64,000 nt of DNA from Tubiluchus corallicola (lineage: Eukaryota; Animalia; Priapulida): positions 1 to 64,000 of the forward strand of contig JAQGDQ010000164.1 of the NCBI GenBank assembly GCA_030141605.1. The letters are read 5' to 3'. The translations under genes and the position numbers were made by a program. Within the stretch, counting starts at the first letter, position 1. Each line of letters opens with the position of its first letter. The notes beneath the pieces were generated by a model, which saw nothing but the letters and a program-made list of their open reading frames with translations, was not told the DNA's origin and did not search any database. Shown in pieces: positions 14,686 to 29,388 of the stretch.

Positions 14686-17600
14686 AGTAACTAATAAAAT
14701 CACGAATCATTAAAGTCGCGATCACTTCATGCTTGAGCGCTCTCATTTTCAACGCCCATCCTTCTAACGACAACATTCGTCTTGACTCTTCACTGTTAAT
14801 CTTCACCAAAAGTATATTAAGTTTTTACAAAAAGAATAGATAGCTAATTTTGTACTATTTCTGCGCGAACATTAGGTAAGCTGCAAAAGTTTGAATTAGT
14901 TTGAGCAGCGGCCGCGTTAATGGAAAGCCAGTTTAAGCCACCCACGCAAAGTCGCGAAGTCTCCCAGTTAAGTCATGATTTAGAAGTGAATGGCGGCAAC
15001 CATCAAGCCTGAGAATTTCTATTCAGAGGTAGTATGTTAGATTTATGCTTTATAGGCAGTTCTTTGCAATTTTTTGTTATATTTTTATGAGTTTAAGTGA
15101 TAACAGTAAAATAAACGCAACATACTAAGTAACTTGTCCCCTCTTTTAATATTTGAATTTTTATGCAGTTAACTGTACAAACCTGCTAATACTTCGTAAC
15201 TGTGTAAAGGCGGTGGTGAAACATCGACGGTGCAATACTATATTTTGTTTTCTCAAGAAAGGAAATACTGAAATACTATGAATCTTGCAAATAATACTAT
15301 TTTGTTACACATGGACGAGCAGGTCTCGATGCTTTACAATCGATCAGTGACAATCAATAACAGATTTTACTATTTAATTAATTAAGCTAATAACTTGATG
15401 GAATTGTCTAATTTGATAAAATGGTTTATTTGCTTTGACTGCCTAACTTCGTACAGAGTGCGAACTCTTACATTTTGTGTGCATATTTTTATATCTGAAA
15501 CATATCTGAGACTTTTATACAGAACCGATTTACTAAGTTTTTGTTGTTAATATATACTGATCAACATTGGGAATAAGATAATATCTGAATCTTGTAACTC
15601 TATCTTGTTTGCAATTTTACGGCAACCTGAAAAAGTGGACATATGATCAGTAGAATTTATTCGGTGTAGACAGTTCTGCTTTGGCTTCAAACTTTATTTG
15701 CAACATTTACAAAGTTACTCTGTTTGAGTTCGCTGTCATTTCCCTATGTTTAAAGGTTACTAAACACATAATCAAGTTTAGTTGAGTTAGATTTCATTTC
15801 AGACATTTTTGTCCAATGTTCGCAAGGCGTAGCTTAGCACAGGTTTCTGATTTGCTTACAATGATTTGATTTTTTTGTAATATCATTATTATGCATTGTG
15901 TAAAATTATTGCACATAAGCCTTCATATAACTACAGGACTAATATAATAATACGTAATATTTATGTGTTGATTTATTTATTTATTCACATACATTTTTTC
16001 GTACCATGAAATGTCAAAACAAAGCAAAAGCAAATTCTTATGATCTGATCATTGGTGAAAATTGAGAAAGTGAATGAGCGAATAAGAGGCTAATAAAGGA
16101 AAGAAACAAAAAACTTTGCTGCGGACAACGTTACAGGAAGCTAGTAGTGTACTGTTAAAAATAACAGAATGTGATATTTTAGAATCTGATTAACCATTAA
16201 AACGCATTCCGAAGTTAACTGAACGAAGTACCCACTATATACATGTAATTTGAAACTATACAAGCTGGTTTTATACTTTAAAAAAAAATTAATTTGGTTC
16301 CACTACGTAGCCCCTGTATGTTGTAAAAGGTTTTGTTGCGTTTGTTCTGCAAAATTTTATGGAGTAATCATTTAAATTCATATTGTATTCTTCTGATGTT
16401 TGCTTTAAAAAGATTGTCATAAAACTAAATGAAACATTCGTTTTAAATCTGTACGCAGCAGTATTTAATTTCATAAAAGTCAATTAATGTCGACATGTTG
16501 TTACTTTTATCGTTGAATTTAGAGTTGTTTTATGGACATTGTTTGTAAACTAATTTTAGTTAATTGACAGCGGTACATATAAATTTTACGTGCAATAATT
16601 TGATTCTTTAATATACTCTGATGCCCCACAAAATTTAATATTACAATAAGACAAATATAAAATAACAAACTAGTAGACTATTTAATAGGTTCTTATATCA
16701 TGATTTCGTTTGCTTCTGTGTGAAGAGCTCGGTAATCCTGTTAAAGAATTGTAGCTGCTGCATTTACTGCTCATGTCTACTGAATTGACGTTCTTGTACT
16801 ATTAAAATTTTCACCTGTATTTCATTCAGTAACAATTGTGCACCTTTATTTGCCGATTTTTGTTGATTTCTTGTTTATGTTTAGGCAAGACAAAGCTGAA
16901 CTTTTATAATTTCGTAAGAGCTTATTCCTTCGTTTTTTCTTGTTTCTTATCCTTACGTCTTTGAATCTTTCTTTCTTGCTCAGCCTCTTTCCGCATCTGG
17001 TCGTGTCTTAAACTATAATTCGCTTCTAAATTGATTCGGCAACAAATCACAAATAGGCTCATAGTTTCTCTACGTACATTGATTCGAACTGACATCAGCC
17101 TTCAAGCTCAACTAATCTTTGTTTTTTGCTTTCCTACAATAAATGTACAGGACGGATCAAAAAAGAGCCCGAAACAATCAAGGAAAACAACTGCATGAAC
17201 AACGAAGATTATACCCTGTTTTCCTACAATAAATTTATAAGATTAGTAAAAAATAGAAACAAAATTACATGAGTTCATAAATATTTTGCACAATTTGTAA
17301 AGACGAAATGATTTCTGTAGAAAAAATGCTTTGTGCTAGCCACTAAGCTCAACTAATCTCTGTTGTTCTTCATTTTTTAAAACACTTTAGGCGAAAGTAA
17401 TCACCTAGAATGTTTTGTCTGAGCCTCTAAGCTCATTTACGTTTTTGTTTTGCTTTAATACAATACTACTACAGATACTACTACTAATACAGCAACCCAA
17501 AAACAGGAGCTTAATATACTGAACTAAAAGTGTTTTGCATGAATCATGAAGCTCACTCATTTTTTGTTCTTCCCTTTTCTACGATATTTCCACGGAGAAA

Positions 17601-18228
17601 CTATGAAGCAAGATGACCGGCTATAATGAAATAAAACAACAATTACTACATTTTTGTAATAAGACAAACCTAAACGAAAACAATTAAATGCGAGAAAATT
17701 TGCGACTGTGCTGGATTTGAACCTGTGACTTCGAAATAATAGTTGGTTTATTCCATCATTACTTGGCGATTTCGTGGTTAAGAGTAATAAATGCAGGCCT
17801 AAGACAACCCCATTCCTTTTCCCAATTTCAATGAATTACAGCCAGTTTTAAACACTAAACATATAAATACAGGCTAACTATAACTAGTTAAACTGCACCC
17901 TGGCCCTGGTCCGTTCTTTATAAAGTTGACTGTTCTTTATAAATCTTTATCATTGATTCTTAGCCAGTTGGCGGAATCGTGAAATGGAAAAGCTTTATTT
18001 TAGCGCTCCTGTAAGCCACCAAAACTTATAAGCAAATTAGTTTAAACTTCTTTCCTCTACAATTAGTTTTACAAATTGTAACAGATCCGTCAATCATTAT
18101 CAATCTTCTGCATAGGTATTGGGCAAACTGAAGTGCAAATAAAATGGAAGAAAACCACGCAAACTATGCAAAAAGTTTGGCTTAGTAAGCATATTGAATG
18201 TAGCAAGTAACTTGTGTATTATTACATT

Positions 18229-18634
18229 CAAGGCAGGATTCTGACCTAAACTAAGGAAACTATGGCGCCCTCTCAGATGGAGCTACTCTCTAATTTGTTT
18301 GTACACGCCTCGAATATGTTTACTTGTGATATATTTCAACAACATTTGAATGCGCCCAATATTTCAAATAAAGGTCTTCAAAGAGGGGCCCTTATATCAA
18401 ATAAAGGACTCAAACAACGGCTCTCTGTCTCAAATAAAAGGCCTGAAACAGGCATCCTTTAGCTCAAATGAGAAACCACTTTAAAACTGGATTTTCAGAC
18501 TTCCTGGCCTTCTTTGTAAATTAGAAATTTTATTTTAAGTTATATGAATTATTCAGCAATGCAAAGTATGGGCCTCCAAGCTTGAGGGGCCGTAGGCTGC
18601 AGCCTATGCTAACCTATACGGTAATCAAGCCCTG
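18229..18634. mobile_element. degenerate MITE-like element (hAT-type termini)
   Basis: CAAGGCAGGATT ... AATCAAGCCCTG imperfect terminal inverted repeats; no clean TSD. Confidence 0.3.
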
Positions 18635-20269
18635 ATTTTATATTCCACGTGCTAATTAAGCCTTATTTTTCGCTACATACATTTGCGCTGTTTCTTGTAT
18701 TCTGTTATTCTGTATCTGTGAAACTGCATTTGTTTTGTCCTACTTGTACACACCGCACCGCCCCCCCCCCCCCAGGCCTACTTTAACAAATCAGGCGTGA
18801 GGCTCTATTGCAAATAACGAGACACCATTAGAATAAACGATGGCGTGATTCTTGATATGACTCGCCATGTTTACATCATATCGACCTTGCAAACAATCTA
18901 ATCAAGTTCGCCTGGTCCGATGTAATAGGCTGATCAATGATCACATTTGGGTCTGTGCGAAAAATCTCCTTTTCTCACTTATAGACCCTCAACCCTGATC
19001 AATTTTCCAGTATTTTCAACCAACAATCTGGATGTTAGCTTAGCAAGTTTGTATTTGAATGCCATAGTTCTTAATCATTGCATTAACTCTTTTCTATTTT
19101 AGCGCTGTAACATTTTCATACATAGCGAGATTAATCCAATAAATGTAATTTAAAGCAAAATCGGACCCAATCTTAAACTGTAGTTCAAAACAATCTACTC
19201 TTTAAAATATTGAAAGGGAACATACTATTTTTTCAAGAATGACTTACGTGAAAGAATTATTACCACACAAATATAATTTCGCCATCCGCCAGTTGGGCAG
19301 GCACTATCACCAAAACGCATTATACAAAAACAGGTGCTGTACCTCTCAGTTCAGATGCTTTAGTTTGTGACGAACTACACACGTTCGACAGCTAATGCGC
19401 AAGCACAGCGGTACATTTGAAATTTGAATTTTTATCTTAAAACTTGCCTAGTTTTAGTATACCACATTGAGTATCTTACAGTAGCACTGTACTTCAATTT
19501 TCACTTTCACAAACACGTGCAACACGCCTGTAAAATATTTTTGATGTTGAAAATTACGTTAGTTTGTGATGTCATCAATAGTTGGGCTCGCACGCCGTTA
19601 ATTAAGTTTTTAATAATTATTTAATGATCAGAAATGTTTTTGCAATATTAATCGTGTTAAAATTTATTGTATATTTATTACGGAAAATGGGGTAGTATAT
19701 GAAAAATCATCGTTCAAAACTGTTTGAGTTTTCTACCGTCTTCGCGTTTTTCCCTGATCATTTTTGGGCGTGACAAATAGCTGACCACGCCAGCCACGTT
19801 GTTCTAGGTCTAATAATTAATTTTACAATCTGCGGTACTTTCATATTTTGTAGCCACTCCTTCAATTAATAGTCTCTCTGCCACATAAAAAACTTTATCA
19901 TGTCTTGCAGTTTTAGCAAGAGATATAATTGTTTTCTCTCGTATTAGTGCCATTAAATAAAATTCCAGAATTTAAATAAAAAGCCAGAATTCTAAAATAA
20001 AAGAAATCTGCACTCAATTAAAGTAATCCAGCAAAAAGGTAGACAATGCTATGCCAGTGGTTTGTCAGCACCAGTCCCGGCAAATGTCTCTTCCTTCCGT
20101 TGCATTACGTACATACTTTATGTGCATTTATGTAAGTTACTGGCAAAGTGTGAAATTGTTCAGGTTTATTTGTTTGTTCGACAGTCTTTTCTTGTGTCTG
20201 AGAATTTATGTTCCTTCCTACGTCGTTCCCCTGGTTACAGGGGTTCTGGATATGCTAATTGGACACAAA

Positions 20270-20585
20270 CATTATGGATAAATAAATTATTTGGACACAG
20301 ACACTCTTGTACACAGAACATCTCGGACACAGACACTCTTTGACACAGAACATCTCGGACATAAGTAATTTAGATACATGGGTTATTTAGACACAAAGTA
20401 GTTTGGACACGTAAATTATTTGGTCGCATGGACTGTTGATGTGCTAAGTATTTCGGATATATAAGATATTTGGACATCAGGTTTTTTGGCCATGTAGGAC
20501 ATTTGGACACGAGGTAGTTTGGACACATAGATAATTTGGACTAAGCTGTTTGGACAAGATACCATTTAGATTGGACTGGGACACG
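20270..20585. repeat. degenerate short-period repeat built on (T)TTGGACAC
   Basis: About 14 recurrences of GGACAC/GGACAT-like motifs at ~20-bp spacing. Confidence 0.55.
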
Positions 20586-20638
20586 ATACTATCTATAGTT
20601 TTATTCGGAAGTACACTTGTTGGCAAGCAGGCTAAAGT

Positions 20639-20835
20639 GGCGTTTACTTACCATCCGGCATGCGTAAGTGTTATGGGGGTACGGAATAGATCAAATTGGT
20701 TTCAATATGCATCCGATTATCAGACGTTATGCGTTATTTTTTTCTGCAGCTATTTCTTATTGATTTTTATTTCGCGGTTATTCGGCAGGTGGATAACGCA
20801 TAACGCATACGCATTCCGGATACTAGGTAAACGCC
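20639..20835. mobile_element. ~200-bp MITE with ~37-bp imperfect TIRs (PIF/Harbinger-like)
   Basis: Left GGCGTTTACTTACCATCCGGCATGCGTAAGTGTTATG versus reverse complement of the right end GGCGTTTACCTAGTATCCGGAATGCGTATGCGTTATG; TAA near both ends. Confidence 0.65.
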
Positions 20836-21754
20836 TAAGGCATGGAAACTGGCCCACCTGGTGACTTGTCACAGAACTAAAGCTAAATTCACTATCAATG
20901 AAACAATTAACTCCCCGATTTACTTGAACTGCTCGTTTAACTTATATAGAATATATATATAAGGTATGTATAGTTTCCTATGTATAGAATATATGGAAAA
21001 AATCAAATTTAATACGAATTATATTCCATTTACAAATTGCCTAAATCACTTTATTCATTGCATCTAATTCATACAAAATGCCCAGATAAAGTGTGAAACT
21101 GCCGCACTAAAAAGATTTATTCCACACTTTCCCCAAAATGTACGCATGTGTATATGAAATGACTAGGAATTTTATAAAATGTCAAAATTTTGCGCCTTGT
21201 CCGTAATATATAATTACACTACCCAAACCAGCAAAAGAATTTTGCGCCTAAATCCAACGCAACCCACATCTCAATGAGACGACACTAGATCAAGAGTTTA
21301 CGCTTGATATGCGTATCCTTGAGAATGGTGCAGTCGTTGAAAATGTGGCTCTGGAAGCCATATATGCAACCGGACAGCAACACCAGCCAAATAAAAATTA
21401 AACTCAGTAACAGATGAAGAACGGCCATTCGAAAAAGAAACCAAGACAGATGACATGTGTCATTTGTTAAATTTATAAGAAATTAAAAATCGTCTTACAT
21501 CAGTTGGCAGTTAAAAATGCGCCGACGTTTTTATCACAATGTTACAAGAACACAATGAAGGAATTGCTTGAAACTTACTACATTGATGTTACAGAAGCTC
21601 TTATACAAGCATTAATCAAAATTTTTAATTATTTCGCTAACATTCTTCTGAAGATTCGGAAGATTTAGTTTAACAAGTCAAAAAAGTAAATACATTCCGG
21701 AAAAAATTTCGTGTGTCACTATTGTTAAAATGTCTGCACTACTGCAAGTACTCT

Positions 21755-21935
21755 GTGACCACCATTTTCAATGTAAACTAGACGAAATCAGTTCTTCCAA
21801 CAGCTGATACACTTTCTCTTTTCCTTGAGGGATATTTTGTCCCAGCACTCAACAATTTTTGCCTTTAGATCTTCTGCATTAAACGATTCTGTGCGGCCGT
21901 CCTACACGAATTTCACACACGCAATCCAGAGGCTT
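21755..21935 (-). pseudogene. Tc1/mariner-superfamily transposase C-terminal remnant
   Basis: Minus-strand translation PLD...(frameshift)...NAEDLKAKIVECWDKISLKEKRKCISCWKN*FRLVYIENGGH resembles the Tc1/mariner C-terminus (NPLD...LKxxIxxxWxxI...GGH). It contains a stop and a frameshift. Confidence 0.6.
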
Positions 21936-24077
21936 TTTTGACAATAAATCTTTATGTTCCGTGTTGAAAACCATGATTTAAACTTCTTCATTCTTTTCCC
22001 ACCACGTATTGAATTCTTTTATTTGCCATCATGGCTCTTTTCCAATTGATGATTAGCTGACGATTACATTGTCTATAGTCGAGTGTCTGTTTACAGGCTT
22101 TGATAAAAAAATAGGCTTATTTGATTGTAAGTTGTTTATACATTTTGGGTTACTAATGTATTATTAAAGATTTTCTTGGTAACTAACTCAGTTCACAAGG
22201 ATATGTTACTCAAAATGAGTGTTCTGTATAACATTAATTTATGCTGATTAATACTCACTATTGAGTGTGCTAATCGCAAGCAGAAAAAAGTAAATAAAAC
22301 TGAAGAACAACTAAAATTATGTTCAAATTAATTAAAAGAGAAGAAAGGGAATTGCAAAGTAAAAAAAACTTTATTTACAAAGTTATATTACCTATCATTA
22401 CGTATCCGTTTGAAATAGTTGTGTATTGGAAAAGAAAATTCTTAGTACAAAATGGACCACTGCCATCTCAGATGTTAATCTGAGACAAGATTAAATAATT
22501 TATACTTTTTCTTAGTTCGTGAAGTGTGCGCTACGAATGATCTTATTATTTTTTCAAAAATTATACAATGTTATCTAAACTTCCTTCAAAACCGACCTAT
22601 CGCCACATGTTTGCCATATGGTCAGCCAATGCTGTTACTAGATTGTCACAAAATGGGAAAAACATTGTCAAAAAATATTGGTACAATGTTATGACAAGTT
22701 CGCATTTCCATATCTTACCCATAATGGCCAACAATATAAGTCGAATATTTGCAAAAATGTTCTGAGAATACTAGTACAATATTATCTTGCTGCCAGAATC
22801 ACTTTATCATTTACTCTCATTTACTATCTTGTAATGTAAATAGTCTAATGTACAAGAGATAGCAACTGTCATTATAATATTGTAATAAAACAGAAATTTT
22901 GCGTTTATTTATTAAAAATGAACACTTGCGACTGCTAGTTTGCTCGTCAGCACTTTTGCCGAGTACGTTATTGATTTAAATTCGCCATCAGCACATTTAC
23001 AAGAAAAAGTGCTCGGCTCATTATTCAACGAAAACTCAAAATTGCACTTTTCAAAATTTATCGTATACATTTTTACATGGAAAACAGGCTTACACGGACA
23101 CGAATTCAAGGCAAAAACTTTGCTTTCTACGCGCCATCAAATTACTGCGACAGATGGTAAAATATTAATCTAACAGGATGAAATAGTTGCTAACTAGCTA
23201 TTAATTGCATTGAATGCAATTAGTGGAACAGATTGTGACATGTATCGTAGCAACAGAAGATGAGATTAGTTTATTAGTGGATCTAGACAGCATGAAATTC
23301 TTATAAAAGCACTGTACTAAACGGCGCAACGAATTACTTATAACAAATAGTAGTAAATCATGAGCTCTAACGTGCCTCGGTTACCTGTATTGTAATAGTC
23401 TCCACACTCACTTAAACGGCTTTGAAAATTGGGATTATGTAACGCAAAACAATCAAAGCAATCATTATGAAGCTATTTACAGAATGCAAATCTTTGTACA
23501 CTTGTTGCAAATATGTCATTGTAACAGTAATGTTGGCTATGTATAAATAATATCACGTACGCGTATATAAAAGACTCTGTAAACAAATTATACTAATATT
23601 TGTATGTGTGCTGTTGTTTACTTAACAACCCTATCAGTAAAAAGTAAATCTGCTTTACAATTTTTTTTCGTGTTCGTAAAATGCTGCTCTAACTTTTGAA
23701 AAAGCTGTGATTAAGATTAATAGCTGTTCTTCCTGTTTCACTTCCGGTAATTCAAAGTCACTGTGAATTTGACTGTACAAAAGCGAGAAACTGGGGCGCC
23801 TGATTGATGATCCCAGCAGGAATAAAAGTAATTATGACGGCGTATTAGGACACCCAACGATTAACGCAGATAGATTGTGAATTCGTCCTCCTAGAGCATC
23901 AAAGACGTTTCTAGTCGTCATTAATATTCGACAGAAAATCAATTGATCGTCTTCATTAGCATTTGACTCTAGTCTGCAAGTCACAGACATAAAAATAGGA
24001 TTTAGATCTGCCTTAAACTCTACAGCCTGTTCGATCAAATTAATGCGATATTGGATTTTCAATCCAAAGATTTCTGA

Positions 24078-24292
24078 TTTTCAACTATCAGTGCTGTTTT
24101 AACTGTCTGTGGTGATTCAAGTATCAGTGCTGTTTTAACTGTCTGTGGTGATTCAAGTATCAGTGCTGTTTTAACTGTCTGTGGTAATTCAAGCATTGGT
24201 GATGTTACAATTATTTGTAGTGTTTCAAGCAACAGTGCTATTTCAACTACCTATAGTGTTTCAGGTGTCTGTGCTGTTTCAACTGTCTGTGA
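24078..24292. repeat. 36-bp tandem repeat (18-bp sub-period), 3 clean copies then degenerate
   Basis: Unit TATCAGTGCTGTTTTAACTGTCTGTGGTGATTCAAG. Confidence 0.8.
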
Positions 24293-27200
24293 TAATTTTA
24301 CCCTTTTTTCGTACTCCATTACTAGCAGAAAAACGCAGAAAGTATCACATTCAAGTGAAGCATTTAGATGGGAATACAAAGCTATAAAATCGTATTATAT
24401 CTTTGAGTTTATTATATTAGATACAGAATGTACTGAATCCAATAAGCTTTGCAATGAATCACGTGATAGCTATTAATTTACACATAAATCCTAATAATTG
24501 TAATAGAATCAGAAGTTCCACTATAATAAAAATTGCTGAATTTGCTACGTAGAGTAACCTGATAACGTACAAGACACAAAGGCAAAACGTTATTGATGGA
24601 ACTGTACCACTGTGAAGGAAAATAAAGCAAATTGCATGTACAGAACCTCAAACCTGACATAGTAAAGCATGTAACAATATCAGTTCAGTTTCTGCACTTA
24701 ATCACTGGTTGGTCACGTGACTGCTGTAGGGAGTATTTGTCCAAATTATATGGCTTCATTGAGTGCAAGTCAACAAGTAGCGTATTTGTTTAATTACTAA
24801 GCATAGCCATTAGAGCTCGGTTTACCGCAACTCAAACACACCTGTCTCAGCTTAGAGCTTCTATCCCCAGTGAGCAGAGCATCATAGAGTACGTTATACA
24901 GCTAATGTTAGAGAGAAACTATAATATCATTAAATTTTGTAAATCGTAACTTACACAATGTTTAAGTGCTGAAATCAGATGGAATGAATAAGGGAGAAAA
25001 AAAGAAAAGGAAAAAACAACGAAAAGAGACAACTACAAAAAATGTAGAATGGAAGAAAAGACTGCACAAGTGCGCAGACCGCTGCAGGTATCAGATCTCA
25101 TTTTAGAGAACTAGCTTTGATAACAAATGAGTTCCGGTCCCTCAAGGAGCATTTACATCTTCTAGAACCCCAATTTGCAAGGCGCAAAAGAGCACTAGTC
25201 TTCATATACGATGAAAAAAGGCAACAGAGAAACAGAAAAAAAGAGGAATAGAGAAAATGGAAAAGCAAAAATGAAAGACAGGAAAAAGAAAAAGAAAATA
25301 ACGAAAGAAATAGAGAGAAGAGAAATAGAAAGAGAGACAAAAGATGATTTAAATAGTTTATCGTGACTGGATGTCACGTGATTAAGTTTCTATTTGCAGC
25401 CATTTTCGCGGAAGGTGCTAATAACATTGAATGTAATTGACTTCATGCTGAGCAAAACAAATTTGCCGTGTTTAACTTGTTTAAAGTTTTCCGCCACAAA
25501 ATTCTCTAGAATCTCGAGAGACTCAACAATGAAGTTTAAAGCTTCAGATTTTATGTTTTAGGCGTCTGCTGATCACAAGAGGGCAATACCAGTGCATTTG
25601 CCGCTGCATATTATTAACAGAATCTGTTTTACGGGGCGCCTCATTTCTTTCCAGACAATCTATGGGAAAAATCTTTAGTAACTTACAAACTTCAAACTAA
25701 CAAGAAACGGTTAATGAAAAATTGCACAACTAAAAGCAGGGAAAAAACATGTACTTTCTAACTATTGCTTTTGTTTGTCTTCACGGGAAAGAAAAAAGAA
25801 AAAAGAATAATGTAAATCCTTGGTTTTATTTCAAAGTTCTGTGAAAGTGACTAGAGATTTTATACTTCTCTTTTTTCCTTCCGCGTTTATCTGTTGATTG
25901 TAAATGTTGTTCTATGTGATTGTATCCTTTTTAGTGTGATATGTTTATGCATTAATAATAATCCCTAAAAAATTAAAATTAGTACCTTTATGTGATCTTT
26001 TTCCTAATTTTTTTCCTGGTGATAAATTATAATTGTAGTTTGAAACATCTTTTTTCATTGTGAAGTTTTTCATTAAATCTCATTGTTCTTGTCATTAAAA
26101 ACAAAATTTGTGTTGCAATAAATGAGTCGAGAAGTTTTTGAACAAGAAACAACTAATAAGTAAGGAATAAAGTTAGTACAGTTGCTCCATTTCGATTGCG
26201 TGTTAACACGGCATCAAAAATTCATTATGAACCTAAAGCATGCTGCCTTCACTGAAAAAACTGTGAAGAATATAGCACTTGTTTTTCATTATAACGCGAA
26301 GCTTCTAACACTGCACGTACTTAAATTTCATATTTTTGACGTGCAATTAGTTATGGGCGGCAGCTTCCGAGGTTTCTTAATTCTGTTTTGTTCTCAAAAT
26401 GCTATCTGAAAATAACTCTAAATAAAATCATCGACCACATATTAGTAAATTAAACTCCAACATTAAGTATAAGTGTAACATTTTTGTCTTATAACAATTC
26501 ATCCGTTCATTCATTCGCTCGTTCGTTCGTTCGTTCATCCATCCATTTCACGATTAAAACTCCAACAGTAAATGTAAGTATACATTTGATCTTTTGATCT
26601 TTTAGTAACAATTTACTTTCGTTCGTTCATTAATTTAATAACATATTCATATATAATATATGGCAAGGTCTGTCATTATTATCTTAGTCAGTCAGTTTCG
26701 GTATAGTTTTCGCAATTTTATTAACGATGAAGTTTAATGGTTTTGCTAATTTTAGATACAACATAAATAATTTAATGAGCAATTGACCAGCCTACCCACT
26801 AACCATTTGCCATAGACAGAAGCATAAGCTGTTCCTTTCTTCTTAGCCAACTGAAAATTCTCTTGGCCGTGCAAGAAGCTTTCGGAATTTATTGAAAACA
26901 TTTGCAAATCAAACATCATATCGGCCGTGAATAGGAGCTTACAGGGCGCATCTAAAATACACGGTCAACTTATTAAAAATCTAAAAGAAATCTTTCAACC
27001 CCGAATCCTGCAATGTACTACGACCAATGAATGTGCCAAACCTTCTGATGTGCACTTTTAGCCGTGACGTGGAAACGTACATTTGCAAAGAACTGGGCTT
27101 CATTTCCACCAAACACCCTGGAGAAGATTCTCTAGACACATCATCCCACCTCGACGAGCAGCAACAAAAATCCAATGAGAAGACTGTTCTGACAAATGGT

Positions 27201-27524
27201 TTTTGAACTGCATGCATACCATTCACAGCTTGCCGTTAAGGAAAGAAACATTTAGGGCGAATACACTTGCATCTTATGTGACCGAACACGCAGAGTGGAC
27301 AGTTTTCTGCAGATGATCGAAGAGGTACGGTACGTCAGACAAAGTAAGTGCATGAACTGCGAGGCGTCCATCAACACGCGAAAACAGCTAAACACGCGGC
27401 GAGAGATCTGGGTCTGTTTACGCTACGCTTTCACTAAGCTTCTTTAGTACCTATGAAAAAACAAATTTTTTCTTCCTAGTAGTTATGAATATCGTCTTAC
27501 ATTAATTGGTTAACCATTGGAACT

Positions 27525-27680
27525 TTAAGCCTCAGATTTTTGGGCCTTCGATTATTAGATGCAGGATTTTTCGGCCTCGGATTATCGGGCCCCAGATTTT
27601 TGAGCCACGTATTATTGGATCGAGGGTTTTTTTGGGACCCAGATTATTGTGTAGCAAGTTATTGAGTCCCGGTTATTGTC
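27525..27680. repeat. degenerate ~15-bp repeat (GATT(A/T)TTGGGCC-like)
   Basis: Recurrent GATTTTTGGGCC / GATTATCGGGCC / GATTATTG motifs. Confidence 0.45.
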
Positions 27681-29210
27681 GTATGACTACCCACGCTTCT
27701 TGCTTTTTGTCTTACTTTTGTTCTAATTGTTCAGTCTGTTGCTTTTTACTTTATATTTTCTTTGCTTTTGTTTAACTTTAAGCAACCCTGGTATACAAAT
27801 GATGCACATGTATAAGTGCGCTCTAGCAGGCCAGAAACTCTTGAACAAATTTTTAAATCTATTAAATACAACGTCTCAAAATAATTGACAGAGATAACAA
27901 GGTGGCAGTCATTCGGTTGAGTTCTGGTGCGCTGCGTGGATGCGTGGGCGCGCATGCGGGCAAAATTCTAACGTACAGATAATAATACCATAATAATAAT
28001 AATCTACCATAAGCACGTTCATCTATTTTATTTTAACTTATAGGCTCTTTAATTTTGAGGCGCAATTTTAAAAAATTAATTGTTATGCATAATATTAAAA
28101 CAAAAAAGCCGTACTGAGAAAACAATTTAAGTGCCGCTAAGCTTTGGATTTTCTAGCAGACTATACATAGATTTTATTGCTAGACTACATTTATTGCCGT
28201 AGTCTTAGCTTATTTCAAGAGGCAATTAAATTTCAAATTACAAGACACTGTTTGATGAGCGTAGTAAGATGACAATTTTGTCATTAAGACACTATAACTT
28301 GTTTTTAATTTGCTCTGGCTTTCATTGATTTCGCCTATAACAAGCATTAAGTTCTTAAATCCAACACCACCTTGTTTAGTTCATTGTGAAAGAACCTCTT
28401 TTAACTACTTGCTCCAACCAAGCTGCGTAAGATTGTTGCAGACTTTGATGAATAACATATTATATGTGTAATATATCTCACGGTTTAAAAGCAGCTGCAG
28501 ATTAAGCTTTTGTGCTGAGATTGATATGAACGTGACTTTCTCAATGCCATCGACTCTTATTGCACATGAACTGATCTACATTGAAGATTTAAGACGTTGC
28601 TTCAACAAGGATGTGGAAAATTTTCCGTTATAATTAAAACAGGGTAATGATAGCCGTATTCGCTATGCAGCAGCCAGTTTAAATCTTTCCCGTTTATTCG
28701 GGTTATTCGATCGACAACTTCATTAAGTTACAAGAATGTGAATTTTTAATTGCAAGAATAAATAAAACTGATAAATAATCCTATGATAAAAAGGTAAAAA
28801 TACAACGTTTCAATCATCAAATGTGGTTTATCTGGGCGTGAAAATAAAAAAGAACGTACCACAAAGACGTGCTAAATACTCGTCTAGAAGAAATCAAGGT
28901 CGCAGTAATGAAAACCGCAAAAAAACGATCGCGTTATCACTGAGTAAGGCCGCAGAACTAATGTGATTTCAGCAGGAGCCTTTGGGTTATATCTAGCGCA
29001 AAAGTGATATAGTTTTGCATATTTTAACAGACGTCCTTCTTAAAAGGTGTTTGTTATTTGTCAGGCTCAGAATGAAACACAACGGCCACTTGCATGGCCA
29101 TACCATGTCAAATCAGCCAAGACGATAATTACACGTTATATCACACTTGTACACTTGCTTTTAGATGACTTAATGCTGACTGTTGTGTAATATTGTGTTC
29201 AACTAATTAA

Positions 29211-29388
29211 GGTGTTTGCAGCTTCAAATAGGCCAAGGCCTGCATTAACTTATTGGGGTGTTTGTAACTTCCCAATAGGCCCAGGCCTGCATTAACTGAT
29301 TGGGGTGTTTGTAACTTCCCAATAGGCCCAGGCCTGCATTAACTGATTGGGGTGTTTGCAGCTTCCCAATAGGCCCAGGCCTGCATTA
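29211..29388. repeat. 47-bp tandem repeat, ~3.8 copies
   Basis: Unit GGTGTTTGTAACTTCCCAATAGGCCCAGGCCTGCATTAACTGATTGG. Confidence 0.9.

Noticed and set aside
14989-15029. ATG-initiated short frame MAATIKPENFYSE followed by GTAGTA
   Set aside because: Weak donor, no downstream exons found, no recognisable homology.
17701-17770. tRNA-like B-box (GGTTCAAATCC) on the minus strand
   Set aside because: No A-box or cloverleaf could be built; at most a decayed SINE or tRNA fragment.
24078-24292. Minus-strand frame with TGA every 6 codons (selenocysteine- or readthrough-like repeat)
   Set aside because: TAA stops occupy the same periodic positions, and no start or SECIS is evident. It is better explained as an 18/36-bp minisatellite.
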